A stretch of 63,006 nt of DNA, filler included, from Basidiobolus ranarum (taxonomy: Eukaryota), in the NCBI GenBank assembly GCA_040143965.1. It is 39 parts of 39 records of this genome, joined end to end, with 100 filler letters (N's around TTAATTAATTAA, not from the genome) between each part and the next. Parts side by side here need not be neighbours in the genome. Positions count along the whole stretch, not along the records: positions 51,820 to 53,332 come from JASJQH010011831.1; positions 53,433 to 54,945 come from JASJQH010011832.1; positions 55,046 to 56,558 come from JASJQH010011833.1; positions 56,659 to 58,170 come from JASJQH010011834.1; positions 58,271 to 59,782 come from JASJQH010011835.1; positions 59,883 to 61,394 come from JASJQH010011836.1; positions 61,495 to 63,006 come from JASJQH010011837.1; 32 more parts are not named here. One strand, given 5' to 3'. The notes beneath the pieces were generated by a model, which was not told where the DNA came from, did no database searches, and saw only the letters and a list, made by a program, of their open reading frames with translations. Shown here piece after piece: positions 52,170 through 63,006 of this stretch; position 1 is the stretch's first letter; every line of letters begins with the position of its first letter. The translations under genes were made by a program, and so were the position numbers.

Positions 52170-52770
52170 GATCAAATTTTCATCCAATTTGGCCCGTAAG
52201 GGCTCAAAACAAGCTAGCAGTTTTCTTATCAATCCATATTGAATGGTTTAATGTGTACAAAAGTTGGAACATATTCAAACATTGCTATGGTGGTGGGAAT
52301 TGTCAGCAAATATTTCAAAAATCCAGGATCTGAGCACACCACAGCAATAAAGCAAATATTTAGGTATTTGAGAAGGATTATAGATCTAGTTCTGTAATAT
52401 TCTGGCACTCTTGATGCACAAATTTTGAAGACTGTAGTGTTGCAGACAGGGGAAGAAATCTTGATGATAGAAGATCAACAACTGGGTACACTTTTCTCTA
52501 TGTTCATGGAGCCATAACTTGAAATAGTTATAAGCTACCATCTATAGAACTTCCCACTACAGAAGCAGAGTATATGGCAGCCTTTGCTACAACACAAGAA
52601 GCTATGTGGTTAAGTAAGTGATTCACAGACATATGGTACATGCACAAATATGCCATTGCCATATTTCAAGATAATCAAAGTTGTATTTCATTAGCTAAAA
52701 ACCTCACATTTCATGCTGGAACAAAACATATAGATATTGGGCATCTTCTTGTAGAAAAGCAATGGATATT
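52170..52770 (+). mobile_element. Copia RT/RNase H fragment
   Basis: TEAEYMA, EAMWL, DNQSCISLAKN, TKHIDI. Confidence 0.85.
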
Positions 52771-52952
52771 GGACTTGTTCTCTGAGATAGTACCAGATTG
52801 TGCTATATATATCATATTGGATAAAATATTCTAAAATTTATGTGGCACAATTTGGCTCTATCCTTCACCCTCTGGCATGATCAATTTCAATCACATTTAC
52901 TCCAATATATTGATCAAAGGTCCAATAAATCTTGGCACAATGCAACAAGTCC
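52771..52952. mobile_element. 182-bp MITE, copy 3
   Basis: GGACTTGTTC...CAACAAGTCC, flanked by ATT. Confidence 0.88.
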
Positions 52953-55045
52953 ATTGCCATCAGTGAATTTGTCTATTGCCCTACTGAAGAAATTGTTGGA
53001 GGATCTTGACATAATGGGGGTAGACTTTGAGTTTTAGAAGCAACTTATGATAGTGTGTTTTTAGTCAGTTTATTCTTAAGAGTATATGGTGACTTATATA
53101 GTAGAAAAGTAAATCAATTGTTTGAGATACTTGGGAGTTTGTGTAACAAGATATAATAGATAAGTGGGGGTAATAAGACATACTTGTTATATAGATGTAG
53201 AGATATGCCTATTTAGAATATAGAGGCTATAGATATGTTGCTTTCTGTTTCTGATATATGTATCATAACTAAATTTAACCAAGATGTTGAATAAAGATTA
53301 ATTATCCAACACTTTCCCTAAATCCTATATAGNNNNNNNNNNNNNNNNNNNNNNNNNNNNNNNNNNNNNNNNNNNNTTAATTAATTAANNNNNNNNNNNN
53401 NNNNNNNNNNNNNNNNNNNNNNNNNNNNNNNNATTAGTATGCATGCCTTGATTTAGATATTTTAGGCTTTGTATTCCAGCCATAATGAGAATCAAAAAAT
53501 ACAAGAATCTTGTTGTGTTGCATCTCTACCTACGCACATACTTGACTGATCAGACATAACTCAACAACATCAATATGCTTTACCAGCAAACTAATGGTGG
53601 GAAAATTGCTAAACATCTGAAATTTTCAATAGCACTGACACTTGGCAAATAGCTGACCATTGTCACTGCTCACAATGAGAATGCGCTCTTGGATTTTGGT
53701 AAATTTCCATCAAGAATTCATCCAAAATATTCCCAACTTGCAGTCAACAGATGATCTACCACAAGTAGATGTGTCATTGCTTGAATAGATTACCCCATGG
53801 CTGAAACAATAATACTGCATATCTTGATCTAACTCTCCAAGAAGTCTTTTTTGCAGCTTTGCTAGAAATACTGTCAGATTAGCACACAAACAAATTAGTG
53901 CAAATTATAGAGGTGCTAAATCTGGGTCCATGTATTGGGTTTTGTTGCTGTTATTGTGAGCAAACAATGCAAAAGCCTGTGAGCATATTGAAAAAAGCCC
54001 TTTGATGGAAGGTTAATATACTCTGGAGTCTCCTTAACCCAACACATTATATCTACCACTGATTTTGCTGATACATTGTTAATCAGATTAGCATATTGTA
54101 GTACTGACACCCTAACAAAAGTAAAATCAATCTGATCCAGATCAGATCCACCCATCTAAGTTGCAAAACCATCAGAGAACTCTTGCAATATGAGTGACTT
54201 ACATCCTGCCAGGGATCTTGTATTAGGAAAATACGGGCTGTTTGGACAAACTTTACAAAAGTGGAGTTGTGAATAGCATTGTGAGATAACTATTTATGGT
54301 CCAGAAATAAAGCATATATACATTTTGGTGGAAATACAGAGACTAGCACTGGCGTTGTGTTCAGAACATCTCTGGGAGTAAAATAAGCTATCTTTGGGGC
54401 AATTTGGACAAGTTTGAAATTTCCAATATGGAATTAGCTACTTCTCTCATTATTCATATATATATATAACATATGTTCCAATTTGCAGTTAGGTGATGGT
54501 TGACTAAGTAATCTTAACTAACTTATATGTCATATATAAGACTTGTTCCATTGGCCCAGGTCAGATTGTGCCGCTTGATCCAGCCTGCTAGTACACCATC
54601 TGGTGCAATCTGTCAATTACCATGGCTGGGTCCTATAACACTCAATTGGACACTATAAGGAACAATATGGCACTATCCCACCACAATTGGACACAATGAT
54701 TTTTTTGGAGATATCGTGCCAGCCTGTACCAAGTTACCCGATTTAGTATTGCCGAATTACAATTTTGGGTAACTGACAAGGTAAATTCATCCCCTCGTTT
54801 GTAACTTACAAATTACTGAATGTGTAACAATAAACAATTTATACTGTAACTTACCAAATCAAATGTATAACCAAGACATTCGCATGTTTTTAGGCCAATC
54901 ATTTGTCCCTCACTAACACAGTATCCTGATTTTCAATTGGGCACANNNNNNNNNNNNNNNNNNNNNNNNNNNNNNNNNNNNNNNNNNNNTTAATTAATTA
55001 ANNNNNNNNNNNNNNNNNNNNNNNNNNNNNNNNNNNNNNNNNNNN

Positions 55046-55137
55046 GCGCTTGGAGCTGGAAGAGCTTGTACTGCCAAACCCAAGAAAGCAGTAGCGGTAA
55101 GGCAGATGTAAGATAGACCAGATGAAATTTTGACCAT
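55046..55137 (-). CDS. 5' end of a secreted protein (signal peptide)
   Basis: MVKISSGLSYICLTATAFLGLAVQA-LPAPS; CAAAATGG start context; TATAA about 35-40 nt upstream. Confidence 0.7.
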
Positions 55138-56374
55138 TTTGATTATGTATTTCCGTATAATTGATCGTGAGGTTTATAATAGCATGGGTTCAGTCTTATA
55201 TCTAAACGACGATTCTGTCTAGCAAGTGTCTATCCAATGATTTAAGGATCCCGATCAAGGTGAATTCCCTCGCACTACCTTTCCAATCCAATTTTTGTCA
55301 ATTCTAGATCATCTCTACCATATTTAGGAATACGATTAAATATGGCAAGTTCTGTTTAACGATTATTGACATTCACAAAAATAGTAGATTGAGCATCAGA
55401 AAAACTTTACCATATATGGAGATTACTTCTCCTCGTATTGCAACAGGAAAAGTTCAATTGGGAACACTTTCGATCAAGTAGAAGTGTATTTCTTGTTCTA
55501 AGTTAGAAAGATCTCCACATAGTGGGGGTTTTCTGGGCAAAGAATAAGACAAGTTTGAAAAGTTAAATGATTGACAGCTGAAAGTAATAAAACTAATTAC
55601 ATTCAAACGAATAGGACCAGTAAGAATGAAAATACATGTTCATTGATTGGCAACAAAAATTGTAACTGACATGATTCTACCTTTATCTCAGGTCCCTTGA
55701 GTTTTTGGACCAAAGTTGAATGAATTGTGAACGTTCCTTGAACATAAAAAGAATATGGCTATTGCGTAGTACTTAGATCGGTTGCTTTTTATTCGATCCA
55801 GAATAAATGATATGCGTTGTTTATAAATAAACCATTCTCATAATTGAAGTTGAGGTTAAATAGATTACAATCACAAAATAAGTGAGGGCTTGGTAGGAGA
55901 TATTCCCTCTCAACTAGTTGATTAATACTCCTTCATTGCAGAGTAAAGCGCGGACGTTTTTAATCTCAGATTTCTTATTCGGAGTACTCACAATACTAGT
56001 GGCCGCGATATGGAACAAAGTACAGTGAGTTGCTAGGCAATACAACATATTTCCATTTAGAATTCCAGAAAGTAAGGTGCGATAAACAGTAATTAGTTAG
56101 AATAGGAGAGATCTCTCTGGTATGATTTTAGTGTACATATTGACTGATTTCGTTGTAGGGACATTTGATCTCAAGAGTTTTCTTAATTCATTTACCCTGA
56201 CCGGGCTAGCACTATGAAGATAAGTACTTGACATGGTAGATATTTTATATGTTACATTTATTCTGTAATCAATGGGCTCTAATTATTCTATATTAAAAGT
56301 ACGAAAAGGGGATAAGAAACAAAAGATAGCTAGGTGCGTTATCTTTTGTGGGTATCTCTTGTCAGAAATGGTAT

Positions 56375-56558
56375 CTACTCATACCAGATGAATGATACTC
56401 CTTCACCAGTATTGAAGGTGACGTAAGTGGTGATATAAGGTCCTCCCTCTCCATTGATTATGTAGTTCCAGTTACTCGTATACACACTTCCGTCATCGTT
56501 GATGCTTTCGACTACGGCAACGTGGCCATATGAGTCACATCCTTGATATCCTGGCTGG
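56375..56558 (-). CDS. CHAP-domain amidase/peptidase, C-terminal 60 aa (5'-truncated)
   Basis: QPGYQGCDSYGHVAVVESINDDGSVYTSNWNY...GVSFIWYE*; GHVAVVE is the CHAP catalytic-His strand. Confidence 0.85.
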
Positions 56559-56658
56559 NNNNNNNNNNNNNNNNNNNNNNNNNNNNNNNNNNNNNNNNNN
56601 NNTTAATTAATTAANNNNNNNNNNNNNNNNNNNNNNNNNNNNNNNNNNNNNNNNNNNN

Positions 56659-56907
56659 TTCAATAGTATGCACGTGGTTTGACTTCTTAGCAAGAACATA
56701 GATGGTGTTCTTGACAGTGTCGGTTGGGACAATGGAGCTATTGTCAGCTTCAGTGTAGGAAGTCTCAAATTTACCATCAAGAAGAACCTGGCAAGTGAGT
56801 TCGACAACATCGTGCCAGTCCTGAGTGTGACGAATAACCTTAGTGACGCGGACTTTGGTCTTGCCATAGGCTTGTTTCTTCAAATAGGCGTCAGAGTTGT
56901 TGGACAT
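56659..56907 (-). CDS. Urate oxidase (uricase), copy 1, 5' part
   Basis: YGKTKVRVTKV, SYTEADNSSIVPTDTVKNT. Confidence 0.95.
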
Positions 56908-57456
56908 AGTTTGATGTTGCAGCTAATAGAAGCTGATGAAATCCACAGGTGAATAGCAACTTTTTATACCGAAATACAATGAAACAGTTCGTTACACTAG
57001 ATCTTACGAATATTAAGTGATCTGATTTGCAACCATGGTCAAGGAGCCTCGGCCTTGATATGAACCAAGTGTAACTGGCATTTGAGAATGAATTCTCAGC
57101 AAAAAAACTATTGATTAGATTGAATGATAGATCGCAATACTAACCTGGTTAGGCCGGTCGTGGGTTTATTATTCAAGTAACATTATACTACAAATATACA
57201 AGATTTTATTGAATGTGGTAGCCACAGATGATTACAAATGCTCTCTATAAATCACCGTTTAAAGCGCTCCAAAGGTAGGACTAGCACCGGTGTCAAAAGA
57301 CGCCTCAAATAGGGCCACATTTCAGAAGAATTCTCATCGTAAAATTTGTTTGATTTGTCCAAGGTAGCACGGATCTGAACTTCGAAAATATATAAAGCCT
57401 TCAATATATGAAGCAGTGAAGTACAACTACCAGCTTGCTCAGATATCTAACAAATA

Positions 57457-58170
57457 ATGTCTTCGTCTATCGAAATAAAACGCCAGGCCTACGGTAAAGC
57501 TAAGGTCAGAGTCACTAAAGCTATCCGTCATACCGCCGAGTGGAATGACATTGTTGAACTTACCTGCCAAGTTCTCCTTGAGGGTGACTTTGAGACGGCT
57601 TACACCAAGGCTGACAACAGCATGGTAGTCCCAACTGACACAGTTAGAAACACTTGTTATATCATTGCCAAGAAATCCGACCATGTTCAAACCATTGAGC
57701 GTTACGGTTACGAACTTGGCAAACATTTCGTTGACAGATACCCTCATGTCACCCACGCCAATGTCCACATTGTTCAATCCCGTTGGGCAAGAATCAACGT
57801 CAATGGTGAGCCTCACCCTCACTCCTTCTATCGCGATGGATCCGAAACCAGACAAACCTGGTTGACTGTCACTGCCAACAATGTCAGTATTAAATCGGGT
57901 TTGGAAGGCCTGCTTGTGTTGAAGACTACTGGTTCATCCTTTACCAACTTCCATCTCTGTGAGAACACCACCCTTCAAGATGCTGATGATCGCATATTCT
58001 CTACCACTGTCAAGGCTCACTACAACATCAACACTTCCACTGGAGTTGAAAACATTCCGTTCGATCGTATCTTTGATGGAGTTCGCAAGACCACCTTGGA
58101 TGTATTTGCTCACGATGACTCTGCCTCAGTCCAAGCCACCATGTACCGTATGGCTGAGTTGATCTTGAAG
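57457..58170 (+). CDS. Urate oxidase (uricase), copy 2, 3'-truncated
   Basis: YGKAKVRV, VVPTDTVRNT, HPHSF, VLKTTGSSF, DRIFST, SASVQATMY. Confidence 0.97.
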
Positions 58171-58270
58171 NNNNNNNNNNNNNNNNNNNNNNNNNNNNNN
58201 NNNNNNNNNNNNNNTTAATTAATTAANNNNNNNNNNNNNNNNNNNNNNNNNNNNNNNNNNNNNNNNNNNN

Positions 58271-59225
58271 GGAATTTGAACGGTTATCTAATGGGGTTCA
58301 GATGGGTGAATATTTTATTAAAGCTAATATCATTGTATGTATTGGTGACACTCCTGCCATCAGTAAACTTGGAGGTTTTTGCAGGCACAATGCACTATCT
58401 TGCTGTAGATTTTGTCAAATCAATGGAGTTTACTCTAACAGGCATATGCATTACTACTATCCAAATACAACACTAAACTTCATGATTTTACTGTTGAGAG
58501 CCTGGTCAGATTTCAATATGGTCACTGATATCAATTCACCATATAGTCAGTCTAACATCAAACTTGGCAATAGCTGTAAGCCTAAGTATATATTGCTCAA
58601 GGGTATCAGCTGGAGCCAGAGCTTCCCAGTAGGCACTATGCACTTACTATACAACAACATTCCAATACTACTTACTCAGCTATCTAGTGGAAAATTCAAA
58701 ATGAACAAGCCATTTGAGATAGGATCAAAGTTTGAATCATTTAGGAAAATGCTTGAAAATGTCTAGATATCATCATATTTTACCAGGACTCCCATCAATA
58801 TCCACTCATCTAGGTGTTTATTTGCATGCAAAGACTGGAATTATTGGATTTGTATATATTCACATGGAGTTTTGAAAAGAGTTCTGCCTGACAAGTATTG
58901 GCAACATTGGGAGTTGTTTGTGGATATTGTTAATATATTCTTATGGCAATAACTCATATTGGCAGATCTCAGGCAGATACAGCAACTGTGCAAAGATTTT
59001 GTAATTGGATATGAAAAACTTTATTACAGCTTTAAAGAAGATAGACTGAATCTATGCTGGTATACAATACATTCCCTGCTGCATCTTTCACAATGCTTAG
59101 AGATTATAGGCCCTTGCTATACTTTCTGGGAGTTCTCAACAGAGCACACCTGTGGTGAAATGACGCTCTATGTGAAATTGTCAGTATTGCTGTATGCTAA
59201 TCTGATTAACAATGTATCAGCAAAA
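58271..59225 (+). mobile_element. CACTA transposase core, the least degenerate copy
   Basis: GDTPAISKLGGFCRHNALSCCRFC, GTMH, IHSLLHL...GP...FWEF. Confidence 0.9.
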
Positions 59226-59782
59226 TCATGATTCTGATCTTGGCATACTGATCCACTACAAATAGAACTCATCAATTATTACATTATGACATCATATCTG
59301 CTATGCCATCTCTTCTTGGCAATCTTGTGTTAGTTTGTCCAGATTACCTTTTATGGAAGTCATGTTCTTTGGTACATTCCATGAAACCTAACCAATCATG
59401 TCATCTCACAAATAGTGTATTTCCACCAAGACCTTCCATGGAAGGTCACCTGATCATCCTTATATCATCCTTACATCATCCCTCTTTGTATTGGTCCTTG
59501 TAGCCCCCAATACCTCAACTCTCAAACTTGCCACAGTATATTCCCTATTCAGTATATTATTCTTGACCTTGCAATATGTATATAAGTCCCATGTATTCCT
59601 TGATCAGACCTCAGTCTGATCAACACCAGTTATCAATAAAGATTCTTGCTAAAGTATCTTCCTTGTCCTGTCTAGTCTTGTCTTGTCTTGTGGTCTAAAC
59701 CCAAGTACTCTCCTGCCTTCTAGCCTCTTGTCGTTGTTTCCAGTCCTTGTCCAGTTCCTTATTGTGACAGTTTGATCAGACT
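59226..59782 (+). repeat. LTR family D plus self-complementary PBS
   Basis: Ends TGACA at 59769, followed by GTTTGATCAGACT. Confidence 0.85.
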
Positions 59783-61880
59783 NNNNNNNNNNNNNNNNNN
59801 NNNNNNNNNNNNNNNNNNNNNNNNNNTTAATTAATTAANNNNNNNNNNNNNNNNNNNNNNNNNNNNNNNNNNNNNNNNNNNNAATAAATAAACCTATTGT
59901 AAGCATTATATATTTAGCATAAAGTCAAGTAGATATAGTCAAGTTCCCTAGTGAGCTAGACATAAGAGTATTCCAAATAGGATAGGGTTATGGTGCATAG
60001 TTCTTCTAAGCCAGAGTAAGATAGTTTGGGAGGCTGGGGATATGAGGGATGCAATCCCCCATATAAAGAAAAAATAGGGGGTCTCAGTGATATAATCCCC
60101 AAATGCTTATGATTGGATGCCTTATGTAAAGATTCCACCCCACCCAAGTCAGAAGTCTCAACTGTGGTGATTTTAACCTAGGGGTAAATATTTTACATAG
60201 AAATTAGCTTGACTTTGACTATATATATCAAGTTTCTTAACCACAACATATTCATGAGGCTCAAATGAATGACTGCATATCAATTGTAGTTTTCCCTTGT
60301 AGTCAAGCAGCCTTATATGTCATGATCTGCTATGGACCAAACCAAAGTGTCAATACAGAAGACTCTTTTCAATGATAGCTTCAACATTATATATTGGCTT
60401 ACATGCTTGTTTAAATTCAGTGGAGATTTGTCAAGATCAAAAGGTTTACTTCCGGCAGGTCTTTGGGTGAATATGTAAAACAAGTCAACAACTTAGTCCC
60501 ATAAAAGGAAGCTTTTACCTTACATCTTATTATTTTGGTCTTCTCCAGTTCAGAATTCAAGCTAATTGAGCTTTTGTTTCTTACAAAACTATCAAAGTTT
60601 ATGTCCTAAAAATTTGGTTGACAAGTAACTTCTATGAGCTAATCAACAGAGAAATACAGCATCCCAGGAAACATATTAATGTCATTTTTGAGTTAGAGCT
60701 TTGCTTGAAATCTGTATATTTAGATACATATCACAAAGACAATAATTACAAATTAACATCATATATGATAACAAACATCTATTATCAAACTTATTTCCAT
60801 ATATATCATTTCCTGGATAAATCTGACTTGTTAGTACAAATTATGGGTGAAGAAACACTTACTTCTATTCCAGATCATGGTACCAATTTAGTCAGATTGT
60901 GTATGGTGGCTCAAGTCACACAAATACAAAGACATTAATTAAAACATTTGATCATTACATCAAGCATCAATTCACTATTTGTACTGCAAACAAAAAGACT
61001 GGTGCCAAGTCATAATGTGGAGTTGCTCAAGATTTTCCTTGTTTAGGTTTAGTAGGCAAGGTGATGGCATTTCTGGTTGGAAAAGTAAGAGTGCTCATAA
61101 TTATTGCTACTAAGAAGCTTTATATATACTTGAGGCTAATCATTTGATTGCATAATTGTTTTTTAAAGTAGCTGATTTCTCCTATATTCAGTGTTGAATA
61201 TGATAAATATAACATCTCTTTCAACTATGTCATTATGAGTCTTCTTCACAAATTGTAACATGTATCTGTTTAAATTAGCATTGCCTAAACACCTATATAG
61301 TCATATATAGCTTAGTACTTAGTTATCTTGTAATTCACTAAGATATTATCAATTATTCTCAATCAGAATTTACTTAGAATATTTTTACCAACTTNNNNNN
61401 NNNNNNNNNNNNNNNNNNNNNNNNNNNNNNNNNNNNNNTTAATTAATTAANNNNNNNNNNNNNNNNNNNNNNNNNNNNNNNNNNNNNNNNNNNNCAATGG
61501 TGGGCTTTGATGGAGATATTGACACAAACTTGTGTTGGGTATGAGCTAAACCTTGGGTATGAAGAACTCTATAAAAATATTCAGGAGAATATATCAAAGT
61601 GACTAAGGATTTTGAAGGTGACAAATTAGCATTCAACTGGTAATTGTGTAAAATTTGAGATATGTTTTTTGCACATGTGTTGATCCATAGTTCTCTGAGA
61701 TTTTAGCCAATCATTTGCAACTATTTTGTGAGATCTTGAAATTTACTCCTGAAACTGAAAAAATTGATTAAAATCAAATCTAACTTGATGATTTTATGAT
61801 GGTAAGTAAATGGTCAATCCCAAATGGATTAAAATTGTAATGGTTTTCCTGCAATAACAATCCTCAAATTTCTGTTAGGG

Positions 61881-62596
61881 ATTCATATTGAATTTTCCAC
61901 TATATAGCTGAGTAAGTATTATTGGAATGTTGTTGAATAGCAAGTGCATAATGCCTAATAAGAAGCTCTGTCTCCAGCTGATCTCCTTTAGCAATATAAT
62001 CTTAGGCCTATGGCTAATACCAAGTTTGATGTTAGACTGACTATTTGGTGAATTGATATCAGTGCTTGTATAGAAATCTGACTGAGCTCTTGATGGTAAA
62101 ATAATGAAGTTTAGTGTTGTTGTTGAATAGTAGTAATGCGTATGTCTGTTAGAGTATACTCCATTGATTTGACAAAATCTACAGCAAGATAGTGCATTGT
62201 GCCTGCAAAAACCTCCAACTTTACTGATGGTAGGAGTGTCACTGATACATACAATGATATTAGCTTTAATAAAATATTTACCCATCTGAACCCCATTAGA
62301 TAACATTTCAAAATCTGCAATCAAAGGCTCCAAGTAGCTATCTATAAGCACTGGTGATTTAGATCCAGATATGATAAAATATTGTGACTCTTATATCATT
62401 CAGAAGGAGGTAGATCTAAGTTGATTAAAATTATTGGTCAGCAAGCCTCTCCAACAGTATATTTGCTTAGTTAGAAACCATCCAAAGCCAATGCAAATGC
62501 ATGATTATATGTGTTCTCAAAGAATCCTTGTCTTTTCAGGTTCTGGTAGTGATATCCATCTACCATAATGGCAAAACCATCAGCTCTATGGTGAGT
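61881..62596 (-). mobile_element. CACTA transposase fragment
   Basis: FALALDGF, IDSYLEPL, DTP.ISK.GGFCRHN. Confidence 0.88.
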
Positions 62597-63006
62597 ACTG
62601 TGAATGGCTAGTCTAGCTTGGGGTGTGCCTGGATTGGTGGTGAGGTAAAAGCATTCTTTAAAGCTACAAATGCTTGTTAGCAAGATGGATTCCAGTCAAA
62701 TGGGAGTTCTTTCTTTGTAAGGTTTGTTAATGTATCAGATATTTTAGAGTAGTTCTTGACAAACCATTGGGAAATATTTTTAAATCCAAGGAAAGATTGG
62801 ACATCCTTTGCATACTTGGGAGTATCCCAAGACAGAACAGTTTTAACCTTCTTATGGTCCATGGAGACACCTGATGGACTGATGTTATATCCAAAGAATT
62901 CAACTTGAGCTTGATCAAATTCACATTTCTCAAGTTTAGCATAGAGACCAGAGGTTTTCAACTTTTCCAGGACTTGGGAAACATGTATATTATGTTCTTC
63001 TTGAGA
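62597..63006 (-). mobile_element. Gypsy RT fragment
   Basis: LYAKLEKCEF, KDVQSFLGF, LTKKELPFDW. Confidence 0.88.

Noticed and set aside
55046-58170. CHAP gene and uricases as one cluster
   Set aside because: A spacer at 56559-56658 separates them
59883-61260. CpG-poor sequence with short ORFs
   Set aside because: Probably old TE debris, but no motif I can assign
1571-61450. Regularly spaced TTAATTAATTAA as a CRISPR-like or biological repeat
   Set aside because: Always centred in N runs; an artificial six-frame-stop linker
3908-63006. Frequent in-frame stops as an alternative genetic code
   Set aside because: Stops differ between copies and accompany frameshifts, and host genes read cleanly in the standard code

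Overview
This is not one locus. It is 39 unplaced contigs of about 1.51-1.53 kb, sorted by decreasing length and joined by an artificial 100-bp spacer (44 N + TTAATTAATTAA + 44 N), so adjacency only means something within a contig. The DNA is AT-rich and fungal (short GT-AG introns; ERG3, PDC, ornithine aminotransferase, uricase). It is probably an early-diverging fungus; a Basidiobolus-like species is my unverified guess. About three quarters of the contigs are nested, CpG-eroded transposon debris: Ty1/Copia, Ty3/Gypsy chromovirus, CACTA/En-Spm with CCCTA ends, and a 182-bp MITE. The most notable signals are foreign-looking genes. (1) The C-terminus of a bacterial-type CHAP peptidoglycan-hydrolase domain, missed by the ORF track, lies upstream of a fungal signal-peptide gene. 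(2) A Bacillales GsaB/HemL-like pseudogene sits between fungal sequences. (3) An uninterrupted giant-virus-like D5 primase-helicase fragment fills most of one contig. Also present: a Tf1-like self-priming Gypsy LTR, a tandemly duplicated secreted precursor with a Cys/Arg-rich tail, a divergent uricase pair and a ~125-bp satellite. All family calls come from motif recognition by eye; no database searches were run.
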